From positions 1-55,468 of the IMG/VR virus record IMGVR_UViG_3300028027_000070: 55,468 bases of DNA, one strand, 5' to 3'. This DNA is from a virus (lineage: Duplodnaviria; Caudoviricetes). The number at the start of each line of letters is the position of its first letter. Position 1 is the stretch's first letter. A program made the position numbers and the translations under genes. A model generated the notes under the pieces. The model made no database searches, was not told the DNA's origin, and saw nothing but the letters and a program-made list of their open reading frames with translations. Positions 40,072-48,592 of the stretch are shown here, one piece after another.

Positions 40072-40072
40072 A

Positions 40073-40438
40073 ATGGAAATCGCAATTATCTTAATGTTTG
40101 TAATAATCTTTGCTCTATTTATTACAGGAATGTTAATAAATAGAAAAGAAAGAATAAAGGAAAGAGACGAAATGTTTTATGAAGGCGAAGTAAAATTTGG
40201 AGAAAATCCAGATGGATCTAAGGTAGCACCTTCAAATTCGATTGATGTGGTAGATGAACTTAGTAAAACGTTAACCAATGAATTAGAAAAGGTTACTAAA
40301 ACAAGGAAGAAAAAACCAGCTAAGAAAAAGAAACCAGAATTTCCAATAGAACCAGCTATTATTAAGCCTAAAGCCAAAAGAGGCAGAAAGCCGAAGAATA
40401 AGGATAAAAAGGGTGGTGATGACATGTTATTGAGCTAA
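40073..40438 (+). CDS. Membrane-anchored protein with Lys-rich tail
   Basis: N-terminal TM helix; basic C-terminal region. Confidence 0.65.
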   Translation: MEIAIILMFVIIFALFITGMLINRKERIKERDEMFYEGEVKFGENPDGSKVAPSNSIDVVDELSKTLTNELEKVTKTRKKKPAKKKKPEFPIEPAIIKPKAKRGRKPKNKDKKGGDDMLLS

Positions 40439-40467
40439 TATTTACCATTAGAAATATAGATAATTAC

Positions 40468-40492
40468 AAAAAGACCCAATGGGTCTTTTTTT
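40468..40492 (+). terminator. Intrinsic terminator
   Basis: AAAAAGACCC-AAT-GGGTCTTTTT. Confidence 0.75.
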
Positions 40493-40532
40493 ATATAATT
40501 AAAGAGTGAAAGTAAATCAATAAATTTAATAA

Positions 40533-41273
40533 ATGATGGATGCATTTTTGGAAAAAATGAACGGTGAATGGTTAGATGATTTTGTTTATATAGCAAAACA
40601 GCCACTAATCGATATGGGATATAATATAGTTCCTTACGATGGGGATGATCTTGAGCATACACTAGTTATGAGAAACCCGGATCCAAACACTGATATATGT
40701 GTAGGTTCTGTACAGGGTACCGAAAAATTCTTTGAAGCATGTGGTGTGAATATACCTAAATATATTGGATACCCTGAGCAGCTTATGAAATATATGGGAA
40801 GAAAAATAGAAACGATGGCATTTAGCGATCTTGGAACAGATTTTCCATATTTTGTTAAGCCTGCAAACGAGGTTAAGATGTTTACTGGTGATGTTGTTTC
40901 TAATCCTAAGCATCTTGAATATCTTGTGATGTTTGATAAATGTCAGCCAGATACACAGGTAATAAAATCGGAGGTGATTGATTTTCTGTCCGAATATAGA
41001 GTTTTTGTTAGTCAGGGTAAAATATATGACGTTAAGCATTATAAAGGAACATGGAAGGAACACATCAGCTGGTCTGTGGTTGAGGATATGGTTAAAGATT
41101 ACAGTGGATGTCCTTCTGCATATACATTGGATGTTGGTATCGACTCTAATGGTCTAACCAGGCTTGTAGAGGTTAACGATATGTGGGCTATCGGCTCATA
41201 CGGAATGGATGGTAGGGATTACGCGCTATTATGTGCGAGAAGAATGAAGGAGATATTAAAAAATCAAAAATAA
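40533..41273 (+). CDS. ATP-grasp protein (DUF4343/R2K-like)
   Basis: YFVKP...KMFTG, SEYRVFV, YTLDVG and LVEVND motifs. Confidence 0.8.
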   Translation: MMDAFLEKMNGEWLDDFVYIAKQPLIDMGYNIVPYDGDDLEHTLVMRNPDPNTDICVGSVQGTEKFFEACGVNIPKYIGYPEQLMKYMGRKIETMAFSDLGTDFPYFVKPANEVKMFTGDVVSNPKHLEYLVMFDKCQPDTQVIKSEVIDFLSEYRVFVSQGKIYDVKHYKGTWKEHISWSVVEDMVKDYSGCPSAYTLDVGIDSNGLTRLVEVNDMWAIGSYGMDGRDYALLCARRMKEILKNQK

Positions 41274-41325
41274 TTTTTTTATCTCGTAATATTGTGATAT
41301 ATTTGCATAACTAAAATATAAAAAG

Positions 41326-41835
41326 ATGAGCTTTAGACACGTTAAAAAGAGAATAAGTTTGATCCTTCCGAAGTTTGGTAGAACCGTTAAGCGGGATATA
41401 CTTTATATTACTCCTAAGATGAACAGGGAGGAGAGGGAGATAACATCAATTATTAGAAATCTTCTGGAAAATCCTGAAAATAAGGTTGTATATTCTGTCA
41501 ATAGCAAATCTATAAGAATTCAGACGAAAGACAAAAAATATGTGATTGCTCTGACGAATAGTCAGGTAAGGATAAATTTTGTCAATGTTACAATAAACGA
41601 AAGAATAGGTAACAGGCTTTTCAAAAGCGTGATTGCTAGGATAGAGGACGAGATAGAGGCAATGGATAATGATGTTGTATCGGATCATAAGGAATTCCTA
41701 AGTAATATGAATGGGATATTTTTGAGAAGCAATGCAGAATTTGCTAAGAGATCCTCTCTGGTTAAGAAAGCTTCATCCAAGAATATAGAAACAACATTAT
41801 CCAGAATTTTACATGATTCTGTGAATGAGCGATAG
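41326..41835 (+). CDS. Hypothetical protein
   Basis: ORF following the early promoter at 41298. Confidence 0.65.
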   Translation: MSFRHVKKRISLILPKFGRTVKRDILYITPKMNREEREITSIIRNLLENPENKVVYSVNSKSIRIQTKDKKYVIALTNSQVRINFVNVTINERIGNRLFKSVIARIEDEIEAMDNDVVSDHKEFLSNMNGIFLRSNAEFAKRSSLVKKASSKNIETTLSRILHDSVNER

Positions 41836-42097
41836 CAGGTATGACGACTATGGAACGTTTGATGAACTGAAGCGCGTATCAGCATTAATCAGGAAGGGAA
41901 TGTTTGACTATATCAACGGCAAAAAAACCAAACCTGAATTTCTTAGATTGTATTACGAATATGAGGGATTTTTATTGGAACACGGATATGTTGAAATAGA
42001 TGATCAATATTTTGAAATGGATTTACCCGAAGCTGAGAAATTCATATATGATCCATTTCAAAATGAAGAATTAGTTTGGAAAAATATAAAAAAATAA
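41825..42097 (+). CDS. Hypothetical protein
   Basis: ORF coupled to its upstream neighbour. Confidence 0.6.
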   Translation: MSDSRYDDYGTFDELKRVSALIRKGMFDYINGKKTKPEFLRLYYEYEGFLLEHGYVEIDDQYFEMDLPEAEKFIYDPFQNEELVWKNIKK

Positions 42098-42106
42098 ATT
42101 AAAAAT

Positions 42107-42814
42107 ATGTTGAAGGTCACATTAATATCGGACACTCATTGTAAACATCATCAAATAACAGAAGATCTCCCTGGTGGGGATCTTCTTCTTTTTGCTGGTG
42201 ATATAATGGGTACGGGGTATAAAAAGGAAGAATTACACGATTTCTGTAAATGGTTCAATTCTTTAGATCAGTATGAAACCAAAATATTTATAGCTGGTAA
42301 TCATGATCGTATATTCGAGAATTTTCCTCTAGAAGCAAATATGATAGTTAATGAATACCCAAATATTACTTATTTGCAGGACGAGAGCGATTCTCATTTC
42401 ATAAACGGTAGCCAGGACAATTTCGTTAGTATTTATGGTTCACCATGGCAACCCTGGTTCTATAGCTGGGCTTTTAATCTACCTAAGAATGGACCAGGAC
42501 TTATGTCCAAATGGGAAGCTATACCAGAGCTTACCGATATTCTAATAACACATGGACCAGCCTTTGGATATCTGGATACCGTTGAGGGAAGAAGACACGA
42601 GAACCTAGGATGCGAATTATTAATCGAAAGAATAAAGGAAATAAAACCAAAGATCCATATATGTGGTCATATACACACCGGATATGGATATGTTTTTGAT
42701 GGTGATACCCACTTCTTTAATGCTTCTGTTCTTAATGAAGATTATAACTATGCACACAAGCCTTTTGTGTTTGAATGGGATCCTGCCACGAATGAGATAT
42801 TTTTTCCTGAATAA
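42107..42814 (+). CDS. Metallophosphoesterase (MPPED-like)
   Basis: SDTH, AGD, AGNHD, THGP and GHIH motifs. Confidence 0.9.
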   Translation: MLKVTLISDTHCKHHQITEDLPGGDLLLFAGDIMGTGYKKEELHDFCKWFNSLDQYETKIFIAGNHDRIFENFPLEANMIVNEYPNITYLQDESDSHFINGSQDNFVSIYGSPWQPWFYSWAFNLPKNGPGLMSKWEAIPELTDILITHGPAFGYLDTVEGRRHENLGCELLIERIKEIKPKIHICGHIHTGYGYVFDGDTHFFNASVLNEDYNYAHKPFVFEWDPATNEIFFPE

Positions 42815-42872
42815 TTTTAATATTGTCGAAATTTATTGATGTTTCTATCATATAAAAATACAAACATTATAA

Positions 42873-43667
42873 ATGAAAACCTTCTCTAAACCTTCCGAAG
42901 CAATAAAATGGACAAAGGAAAGACTATCCAATTATGGATATGTTGTTAAAACTGAAAAATGGCAGGGAATAGAATCCCCCGATGATATGTGGGAAACCAT
43001 GAATCATTCATTCCAGTTTTTCATTCCTGAAACTTTAGAAGAGCTTAAGAAGGAGGTTAGACCAAATCTTCCTTGGGCTGATGATCACTTCCAGGAGAGA
43101 GTCAGCGGACTACCTCTGAATCCACCTCCATCCCATGAATGGTGGCCATTTGCTCAAAAGAACAATGAGCAGTTTGGTGGACATGAGAAATTCTCACACA
43201 CATATCCCGAAAGAATTTGGCCTAAAACCGCAACGCTTGACCCTGATAGCGGGGATCCTGAATATAGAACATTAAAGGGGATTAGGTTTGAATATGGGGA
43301 TTTTGGCGATGTTATAGATCTAATGGAAAGAGAACCTTTTACTAGACAAGCATTTTTACCTATATGGTTTCCTGAAGACACGGGTACAGTTCACGGCGAG
43401 AGAGTTCCATGCACGATAGGATATCATTTTATGAGAAGAGGTGATAATATCCATATTGTTTATTATATTAGATCCTGTGACTATATAAGACACTTCAGGG
43501 ATGATGTTTATATGGCATGTAGAAAACTTATGTATGTACTTGATATGCTTAAGTTAAGAGATTATGAAAGATGGAAGGACGTTAAACCCGGATATTTTGC
43601 GATGCATATAGTTTCCCTGCATTGTTTCAATAGTGAAAAAGGAATACTAAAACAATCAAAATTATAA
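42873..43667 (+). CDS. Thymidylate-synthase-fold enzyme, probably dCMP-modifying (T4 gp42-like)
   Basis: TRQA, catalytic VPCT, RSCDYIRHFRDD and SLH motifs; Asp at the TS Asn177 position. Confidence 0.75.
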   Translation: MKTFSKPSEAIKWTKERLSNYGYVVKTEKWQGIESPDDMWETMNHSFQFFIPETLEELKKEVRPNLPWADDHFQERVSGLPLNPPPSHEWWPFAQKNNEQFGGHEKFSHTYPERIWPKTATLDPDSGDPEYRTLKGIRFEYGDFGDVIDLMEREPFTRQAFLPIWFPEDTGTVHGERVPCTIGYHFMRRGDNIHIVYYIRSCDYIRHFRDDVYMACRKLMYVLDMLKLRDYERWKDVKPGYFAMHIVSLHCFNSEKGILKQSKL

Positions 43668-43669
43668 TA

Positions 43670-43957
43670 ATGGAAAAACCAATAATATTAGGCCCGGATT
43701 TTAAAAAGATTAACGAACCATCAGAAAGTATAAAGAAGCATTATGCCAAAATGTACGAGAGAAATCAGAATAAGTTTATAAGAAGATCTAAGCTTGAGCA
43801 GTCACATCTGGATAGTGAATTTATATACGAGGACCTAACTCTCAGATTAATAGGATCAGCGGATAGTGACAGAATGGTTGTTGTTAACGAATCTGATAAT
43901 ACCTACTACTTAATACATTCCGATATACCAACAAATGCAATATTAAACAAAGAGTAA
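43670..43957 (+). CDS. Hypothetical protein
   Basis: Tightly packed ORF. Confidence 0.6.
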   Translation: MEKPIILGPDFKKINEPSESIKKHYAKMYERNQNKFIRRSKLEQSHLDSEFIYEDLTLRLIGSADSDRMVVVNESDNTYYLIHSDIPTNAILNKE

Positions 43958-43961
43958 AGTT

Positions 43962-44183
43962 TTGTTAGAATACTATATAAAAACAATTGACCCAAGATCA
44001 CATATAGGAGTATGTGAAATAATTTCCCTAATGGGGATAGAAATTCTTGAGGACGGTTTCGGAGGTCCCGATGATGATTATTATGGTATTTTTAAACTTA
44101 TTTCAGATACTGAGGGATTCGATGTCTTCGTAGAGCTCCCCGATATCGTAATAGATTTCCCCACAAATAAGGTTATTAGATAA
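43962..44183 (+). CDS. Hypothetical protein
   Basis: Tightly packed ORF with TTG start. Confidence 0.5.
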   Translation: MLEYYIKTIDPRSHIGVCEIISLMGIEILEDGFGGPDDDYYGIFKLISDTEGFDVFVELPDIVIDFPTNKVIR

Positions 44184-44255
44184 AAATCCCTTGTGTTACT
44201 TGGATATATAAGTCAAATAAATTTTTGGTGTATTGGGCGATAAACCAAATAAACT

Positions 44256-44642
44256 ATGGACGAAAAAGAAATAACACAAGCTTTTCTGATGAAGGAAATA
44301 TTAGGTGAGATCAAAGATCTCAAATCTAGTATGCCTAACGGGGAAATAAAGATTCTTCAAACGAGTATGGATGATCTAAAAAGAGAACAAAAATCCATCA
44401 AGGACGATATGTCTGACATAAAGAAGAAATTATTAGATCCCGATGATGGTGTAATAGTAAAGGTAAACGAGAATACCAGATTTAGGATGCAAGAGCAGGA
44501 TCGCTATGACGATTACATGCAATTTACTATAGATATTCAGGAAATGAAAACCTGGAAAAAAGGAGTAAACCAAGCACTATGGATTCTTTTTGGTGCACTA
44601 ATAGCTGTAGCTGCTAAAGTAATATTTGGAGTGGGGGGATAA
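44256..44642 (+). CDS. Coiled-coil protein with C-terminal TM helix (holin-like candidate)
   Basis: C-terminal ALWILFGALIAVAAKVIF; GATATATA at 44203. Confidence 0.55.
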   Translation: MDEKEITQAFLMKEILGEIKDLKSSMPNGEIKILQTSMDDLKREQKSIKDDMSDIKKKLLDPDDGVIVKVNENTRFRMQEQDRYDDYMQFTIDIQEMKTWKKGVNQALWILFGALIAVAAKVIFGVGG

Positions 44643-44646
44643 AATC

Positions 44647-44943
44647 ATGGATATAGATTCTAGTACTTTTAGAGATTTTATAGATATAAAGGATAAAAGT
44701 GGTATGTATCTTGGTGATCTTTTCTACGAGAAGGTAAAATCTGCAATAATGAAGGATAGAGATCTAGCCTCGCTTTTTACTTCAGTCGACAATGACCCAA
44801 ATAATCCGGGTACTTCCCAAATATTCATGTGTAGCATATATAGTGAAAAATTCCCAATTTTTCTACAAGAATATTTAAGATGGTGCGAGACCAGAGAGGA
44901 GTATGAGAAATGCTCCGATATAATGAATCTAGATATATTATGA
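44647..44943 (+). CDS. Hypothetical protein with UVR-like motif
   Basis: Ends ETREEYEKCSDIMNL. Confidence 0.65.
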   Translation: MDIDSSTFRDFIDIKDKSGMYLGDLFYEKVKSAIMKDRDLASLFTSVDNDPNNPGTSQIFMCSIYSEKFPIFLQEYLRWCETREEYEKCSDIMNLDIL

Positions 44944-45143
44944 AAAGTTCAGATATATTGATATACGAGACATCCCTTAAATTATATTCTGATATAATGA
45001 GCACCCATGGAAAGAATAAAACAATCACTGAAATAAGGGAATGTATGGAAACTTTTGAAAGACTTGAAGATTATGATAAGTGCAAAGATCTTTTAAATCT
45101 TATGAAAATAGAATTTAATAATAGTGATGACAATAAACAATAG
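44940..45143 (+). CDS. Hypothetical protein with UVR-like motif
   Basis: Contains ERLEDYDKCKDLLNL. Confidence 0.6.
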   Translation: MKSSDILIYETSLKLYSDIMSTHGKNKTITEIRECMETFERLEDYDKCKDLLNLMKIEFNNSDDNKQ

Positions 45144-45378
45144 AGAAAATCAGAGATATGTTTTCGAGAGCGCATTTAACAGCATGCTTAAATATGGGAA
45201 GAAGAGCATGATGTCTAGAAAAATATTATCCAGAAGGGATGAGATAGAATCATCAATGCTAAAATATTATGAATCTACCGAGGAATTTGAGAAGTGTAAA
45301 TATATTCTTGACTTCTTTAAGGACCTGGAGGAAACGCTCCGAGAGAGTCCGGAAACTATGAATATCGAGAATTTATAG
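45124..45378 (+). CDS. Hypothetical protein with UVR-like motif
   Basis: Contains MLKYYESTEEFEKCKYILDF. Confidence 0.65.
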   Translation: MMTINNRENQRYVFESAFNSMLKYGKKSMMSRKILSRRDEIESSMLKYYESTEEFEKCKYILDFFKDLEETLRESPETMNIENL

Positions 45379-45396
45379 TAAATATACCACAAAAAG

Positions 45397-45433
45397 ACAA
45401 AGGTTTCAGAAAAATACTGAAACCTTTGTTTTG
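45397..45433 (+). terminator. Hairpin/terminator overlapping the next promoter
   Basis: ACAAAGGTTTCAG / CTGAAACCTTTGT 13-bp inverted repeat followed by TTTG. Confidence 0.7.
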
Positions 45434-45473
45434 TTAATAGATATAAATATCATTAAACATCAAAAATCAATTA

Positions 45474-47045
45474 ATGAAATTTTCAGATCTAACTACAGAA
45501 CAGATTACAACAATTTCCGATGTTTATTGGGATAGAAATTTAGCTTGGGACGATAGAATGTTGAAGCTTAAGAACTATCTTGGTAAATCTGAGAGAACTG
45601 TTCAGGCTTGGGCTTCTAAGCTAGGAATAACAGAGAAAGCTCTACAGGAATCCCCACAATTTATAAAAGCAAAAGAAAGAAAATTCAATAAGAAGAAGAA
45701 AAGATTCATTATAACATGGGCTCAGAATGATACACCTGTACATGAAACCTTTGTTGAAAATATGGAAGCTTATGCGGATTTTCTGAATGCTGACATTCAT
45801 ATAATAGCTGGAAGGTATAAAAATCCAACCTCCGTATTTACAGATAGAAATTATGACACCTGGTCTGAACGAATAGAAAAGTATTTAGATGCGGGAAGAC
45901 ACGAAGTTCATAAACATATGTGGATTATGTCCGATGTTAAGATACAACCAACTGCGGTAGATCCTATGACTGGACTTCAGGGTATGAGCGGTATAAACTC
46001 TTGCGTATTTGGATCACCAAGAGTACATATGGAAACCATTCCTGTACTGGAAGGAAATCTACCAAAGATGATGATGACAACCGGTGCATGCACGGTTAAT
46101 AATTATACAGATTCAAAAGCAGGTAAGAAGGGTGAATTTCACCATACCTTAGGATTTGTTGTTATTGAAATAAAGGATAAGGATACATTCTTCGCTAGAC
46201 AGGTAACCGCTAACGATCAGGGCGATTTTACTGATCTTTATTTCAATGTGTCTTATGATGCAGGTGAAGAAAAAGGGGTCGTTAAAAGAATCGAGAAGGT
46301 GTCTGCAGCGATACTAGGAGACCTACACTATGGTCAGCATGATGAACGAGTGATAAGTAAGACTCTAGATTTATTTTCCCTTATAAGACCAGAAAATGTC
46401 ATCCTGCATGATGTCTTCGATGGACTTTCAATCAACCACCATGAATCAAAGGATCCATTTATACAATTCCAGAGGGAAGTTGACGGCACCAATTCATTAA
46501 AGAGAGAAGTTGATGAGATGCTTGAAGGATTGGAGGTATTTAAGGATTATAATACCATTATAGTTAGAAGTAATCATGATGATTTTCTGGATAGATGGCT
46601 AAAAGGAACTGACTGGAGAAAAGCTTCAACCATGAAGAATTCCATAGAATATATGGAATATAGTGCTTTATTACTTAAAGGTAAAGCACCGAATGGAATC
46701 ATACCTTATTTAATAAATGAGAAATTCCCAAATTATATAACATTAGGTCGCAGCGATAGTTTTGTTATAAATGGATGGGAACTTGGTCAGCATGGGGATA
46801 TAGGTTCAAATGGGACTAGAGGATCTCTGATACAATTCAGAAAACTAAATACTAAAATAGTTGTTGGCCACTATCATTCACCTGGTAGAAAAGACGGAGC
46901 TTTAGCCGTTGGTACATCAACAAAATTAAGGGTCAATTATAATATAGGTCCTAGTGGTTGGCTTCAATCCCACGTTATTATACACGAGGATGGGAAGGCT
47001 CAACACATAAACTTCATAAAAGGTGAATTTACAACTTTAAAATAG
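45474..47045 (+). CDS. T5 A1-like nuclease (N-terminal HTH plus metallophosphoesterase domain)
   Basis: FIITWAQNDTPVH, LGDLH, HDVFD, SNHD, QHGD and GHYH motifs. Confidence 0.75.
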   Translation: MKFSDLTTEQITTISDVYWDRNLAWDDRMLKLKNYLGKSERTVQAWASKLGITEKALQESPQFIKAKERKFNKKKKRFIITWAQNDTPVHETFVENMEAYADFLNADIHIIAGRYKNPTSVFTDRNYDTWSERIEKYLDAGRHEVHKHMWIMSDVKIQPTAVDPMTGLQGMSGINSCVFGSPRVHMETIPVLEGNLPKMMMTTGACTVNNYTDSKAGKKGEFHHTLGFVVIEIKDKDTFFARQVTANDQGDFTDLYFNVSYDAGEEKGVVKRIEKVSAAILGDLHYGQHDERVISKTLDLFSLIRPENVILHDVFDGLSINHHESKDPFIQFQREVDGTNSLKREVDEMLEGLEVFKDYNTIIVRSNHDDFLDRWLKGTDWRKASTMKNSIEYMEYSALLLKGKAPNGIIPYLINEKFPNYITLGRSDSFVINGWELGQHGDIGSNGTRGSLIQFRKLNTKIVVGHYHSPGRKDGALAVGTSTKLRVNYNIGPSGWLQSHVIIHEDGKAQHINFIKGEFTTLK

Positions 47046-47051
47046 AAATCG

Positions 47052-47639
47052 ATGTTCAATAATATAGACGTTTCTCAATTGAAACTAGTAGCTGGTGTGG
47101 ATGAAGTTGGACGTGGATGTCTCTCTGGAGCGGTAGTGGCTGCAGCTGTTATATTGCCACCTGGATTTAGTGATCCAAGGATAAAAGACAGCAAGACTAT
47201 TAAGAGTCTTAAGAAAAGAGAAGAGGCTGAGAAACTAATAATGGATAATGCTATCTGTTGGGGCATAGGTGCAGCTTCACCAGAAGAAGTTGATAGAATA
47301 AACATATTGCAGGCTACATTTTTAGCTATGAAAAGAGCAATAGATTCATGCGGTAAGGTACCGGATTTTTTATACATAGATGGTGATAAATTTCCGGGAT
47401 ATAATGGTATACCGTATGAGTGCGTAATAAAAGGTGATTCTAAAATACAATCGATAGCAGCAGCATCGATACTTGCTAAAGTCTATAGAGATAGACTGAT
47501 GAAATCATTAGATAACGAATATCCCAAATATGGCTGGATAACTAACGTTGGTTATGGGACTGCTGACCATATAAAAGCAATAAGAGAAATAGGTATAACT
47601 AAACATCACAGAAAGACATTTTGTCAAAATTTTATTTAA
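47052..47639 (+). CDS. rnhB: Ribonuclease HII
   Basis: GVDEVGRG, DSK, IDG and KGD...IAAASILAKVYRD motifs. Confidence 0.95.
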   Translation: MFNNIDVSQLKLVAGVDEVGRGCLSGAVVAAAVILPPGFSDPRIKDSKTIKSLKKREEAEKLIMDNAICWGIGAASPEEVDRINILQATFLAMKRAIDSCGKVPDFLYIDGDKFPGYNGIPYECVIKGDSKIQSIAAASILAKVYRDRLMKSLDNEYPKYGWITNVGYGTADHIKAIREIGITKHHRKTFCQNFI

Positions 47640-47640
47640 T

Positions 47641-47964
47641 ATGGAAAACAACACAGAAAAAGAGTTTATAGTGGCTGATGAATTTAGCATAATGGACGAG
47701 GAACAAATACAGAAAGCTATTGGTATAGAATATTTCGATCAAGCGGAATGGTGCTTTCAATTTGATGATGACGAGCCAATTTCAATCGCCTGGAGTAATA
47801 GCGAAAGTGAACCAGGAGAGCTAACTTTCATGCTGAAGGCAAATAACGAGAGTAGAATAGTATTCCAATCAGCGGACGGGAATAAAACACTTAGATTATT
47901 TGCTAGGTCTATGAGCAATGAGAAGAGAGACGAATTAGGTAGAGGTAAAAAAATCGAAGAATAA
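47641..47964 (+). CDS. Hypothetical protein
   Basis: Tightly packed acidic ORF. Confidence 0.6.
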   Translation: MENNTEKEFIVADEFSIMDEEQIQKAIGIEYFDQAEWCFQFDDDEPISIAWSNSESEPGELTFMLKANNESRIVFQSADGNKTLRLFARSMSNEKRDELGRGKKIEE

Positions 47965-48024
47965 TTTCAAAATTCCAATAAAAAATTATATTTTTTTGGT
48001 ATATACAACTAAAAAAAGTTAATA

Positions 48025-48474
48025 ATGAAAAGTAATTATTTTTTAACTGTTGACCTAACGTCAAATAAAAAATTTCTAAGAGATCAGATAGATGAGATCA
48101 AATCAAATCTTGAGCTTAATGAAGATTTCTTAAAATTTTGTACTCTATTTAGTGCAGCATTAGATGTGAATTTTAATGGGTATATCGAGATCTATATAGA
48201 GGATCAACCTTTCGATAATGATATATTGAGCGAGGTTGAAGAGCTTATTGAAAATTTAGATTCATTCATTCCAGGTGGATGGGTAAGTGATTCAAAGATC
48301 GAATGGGTAAGCGAAATCCCGGATCAGACATATGTTTGGTTTAAGGATGGTGACGTATGGTCAAGCGTCGTTAAAGAACATGACAGAGGATTCATAGGTG
48401 AGGAAGAGGAATGGAATGAAGATTCCAGTGATTCTTATGGTTCCTATGATGATTATGATGAAGATTCCTGGTAA
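48025..48474 (+). CDS. Hypothetical acidic protein
   Basis: 149-aa ORF. Confidence 0.6.
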   Translation: MKSNYFLTVDLTSNKKFLRDQIDEIKSNLELNEDFLKFCTLFSAALDVNFNGYIEIYIEDQPFDNDILSEVEELIENLDSFIPGGWVSDSKIEWVSEIPDQTYVWFKDGDVWSSVVKEHDRGFIGEEEEWNEDSSDSYGSYDDYDEDSW

Positions 48475-48485
48475 GGATATATAAT

Positions 48486-48568
48486 ATCAATTGTATTGAA
48501 GGTGCCTTTAGTACTTGATGTCCCGGGTTTAACGACCTTTGAGATGTTCGAATGAGCATCGATGGGAT
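48486..48568 (+). ncRNA. Candidate structured 5' leader RNA (hairpin plus three-way junction)
   Basis: Four hand-paired helices between the promoter at 48476 and ATG 48593 (see findings). Confidence 0.45.
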
Positions 48569-48592
48569 TTTAAAAAAATAAATAAGGTAAAA

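Noticed and set aside
48520-48568. Hammerhead ribozyme
   Set aside because: The three-way junction lacks the CUGANGA and GAAA core.
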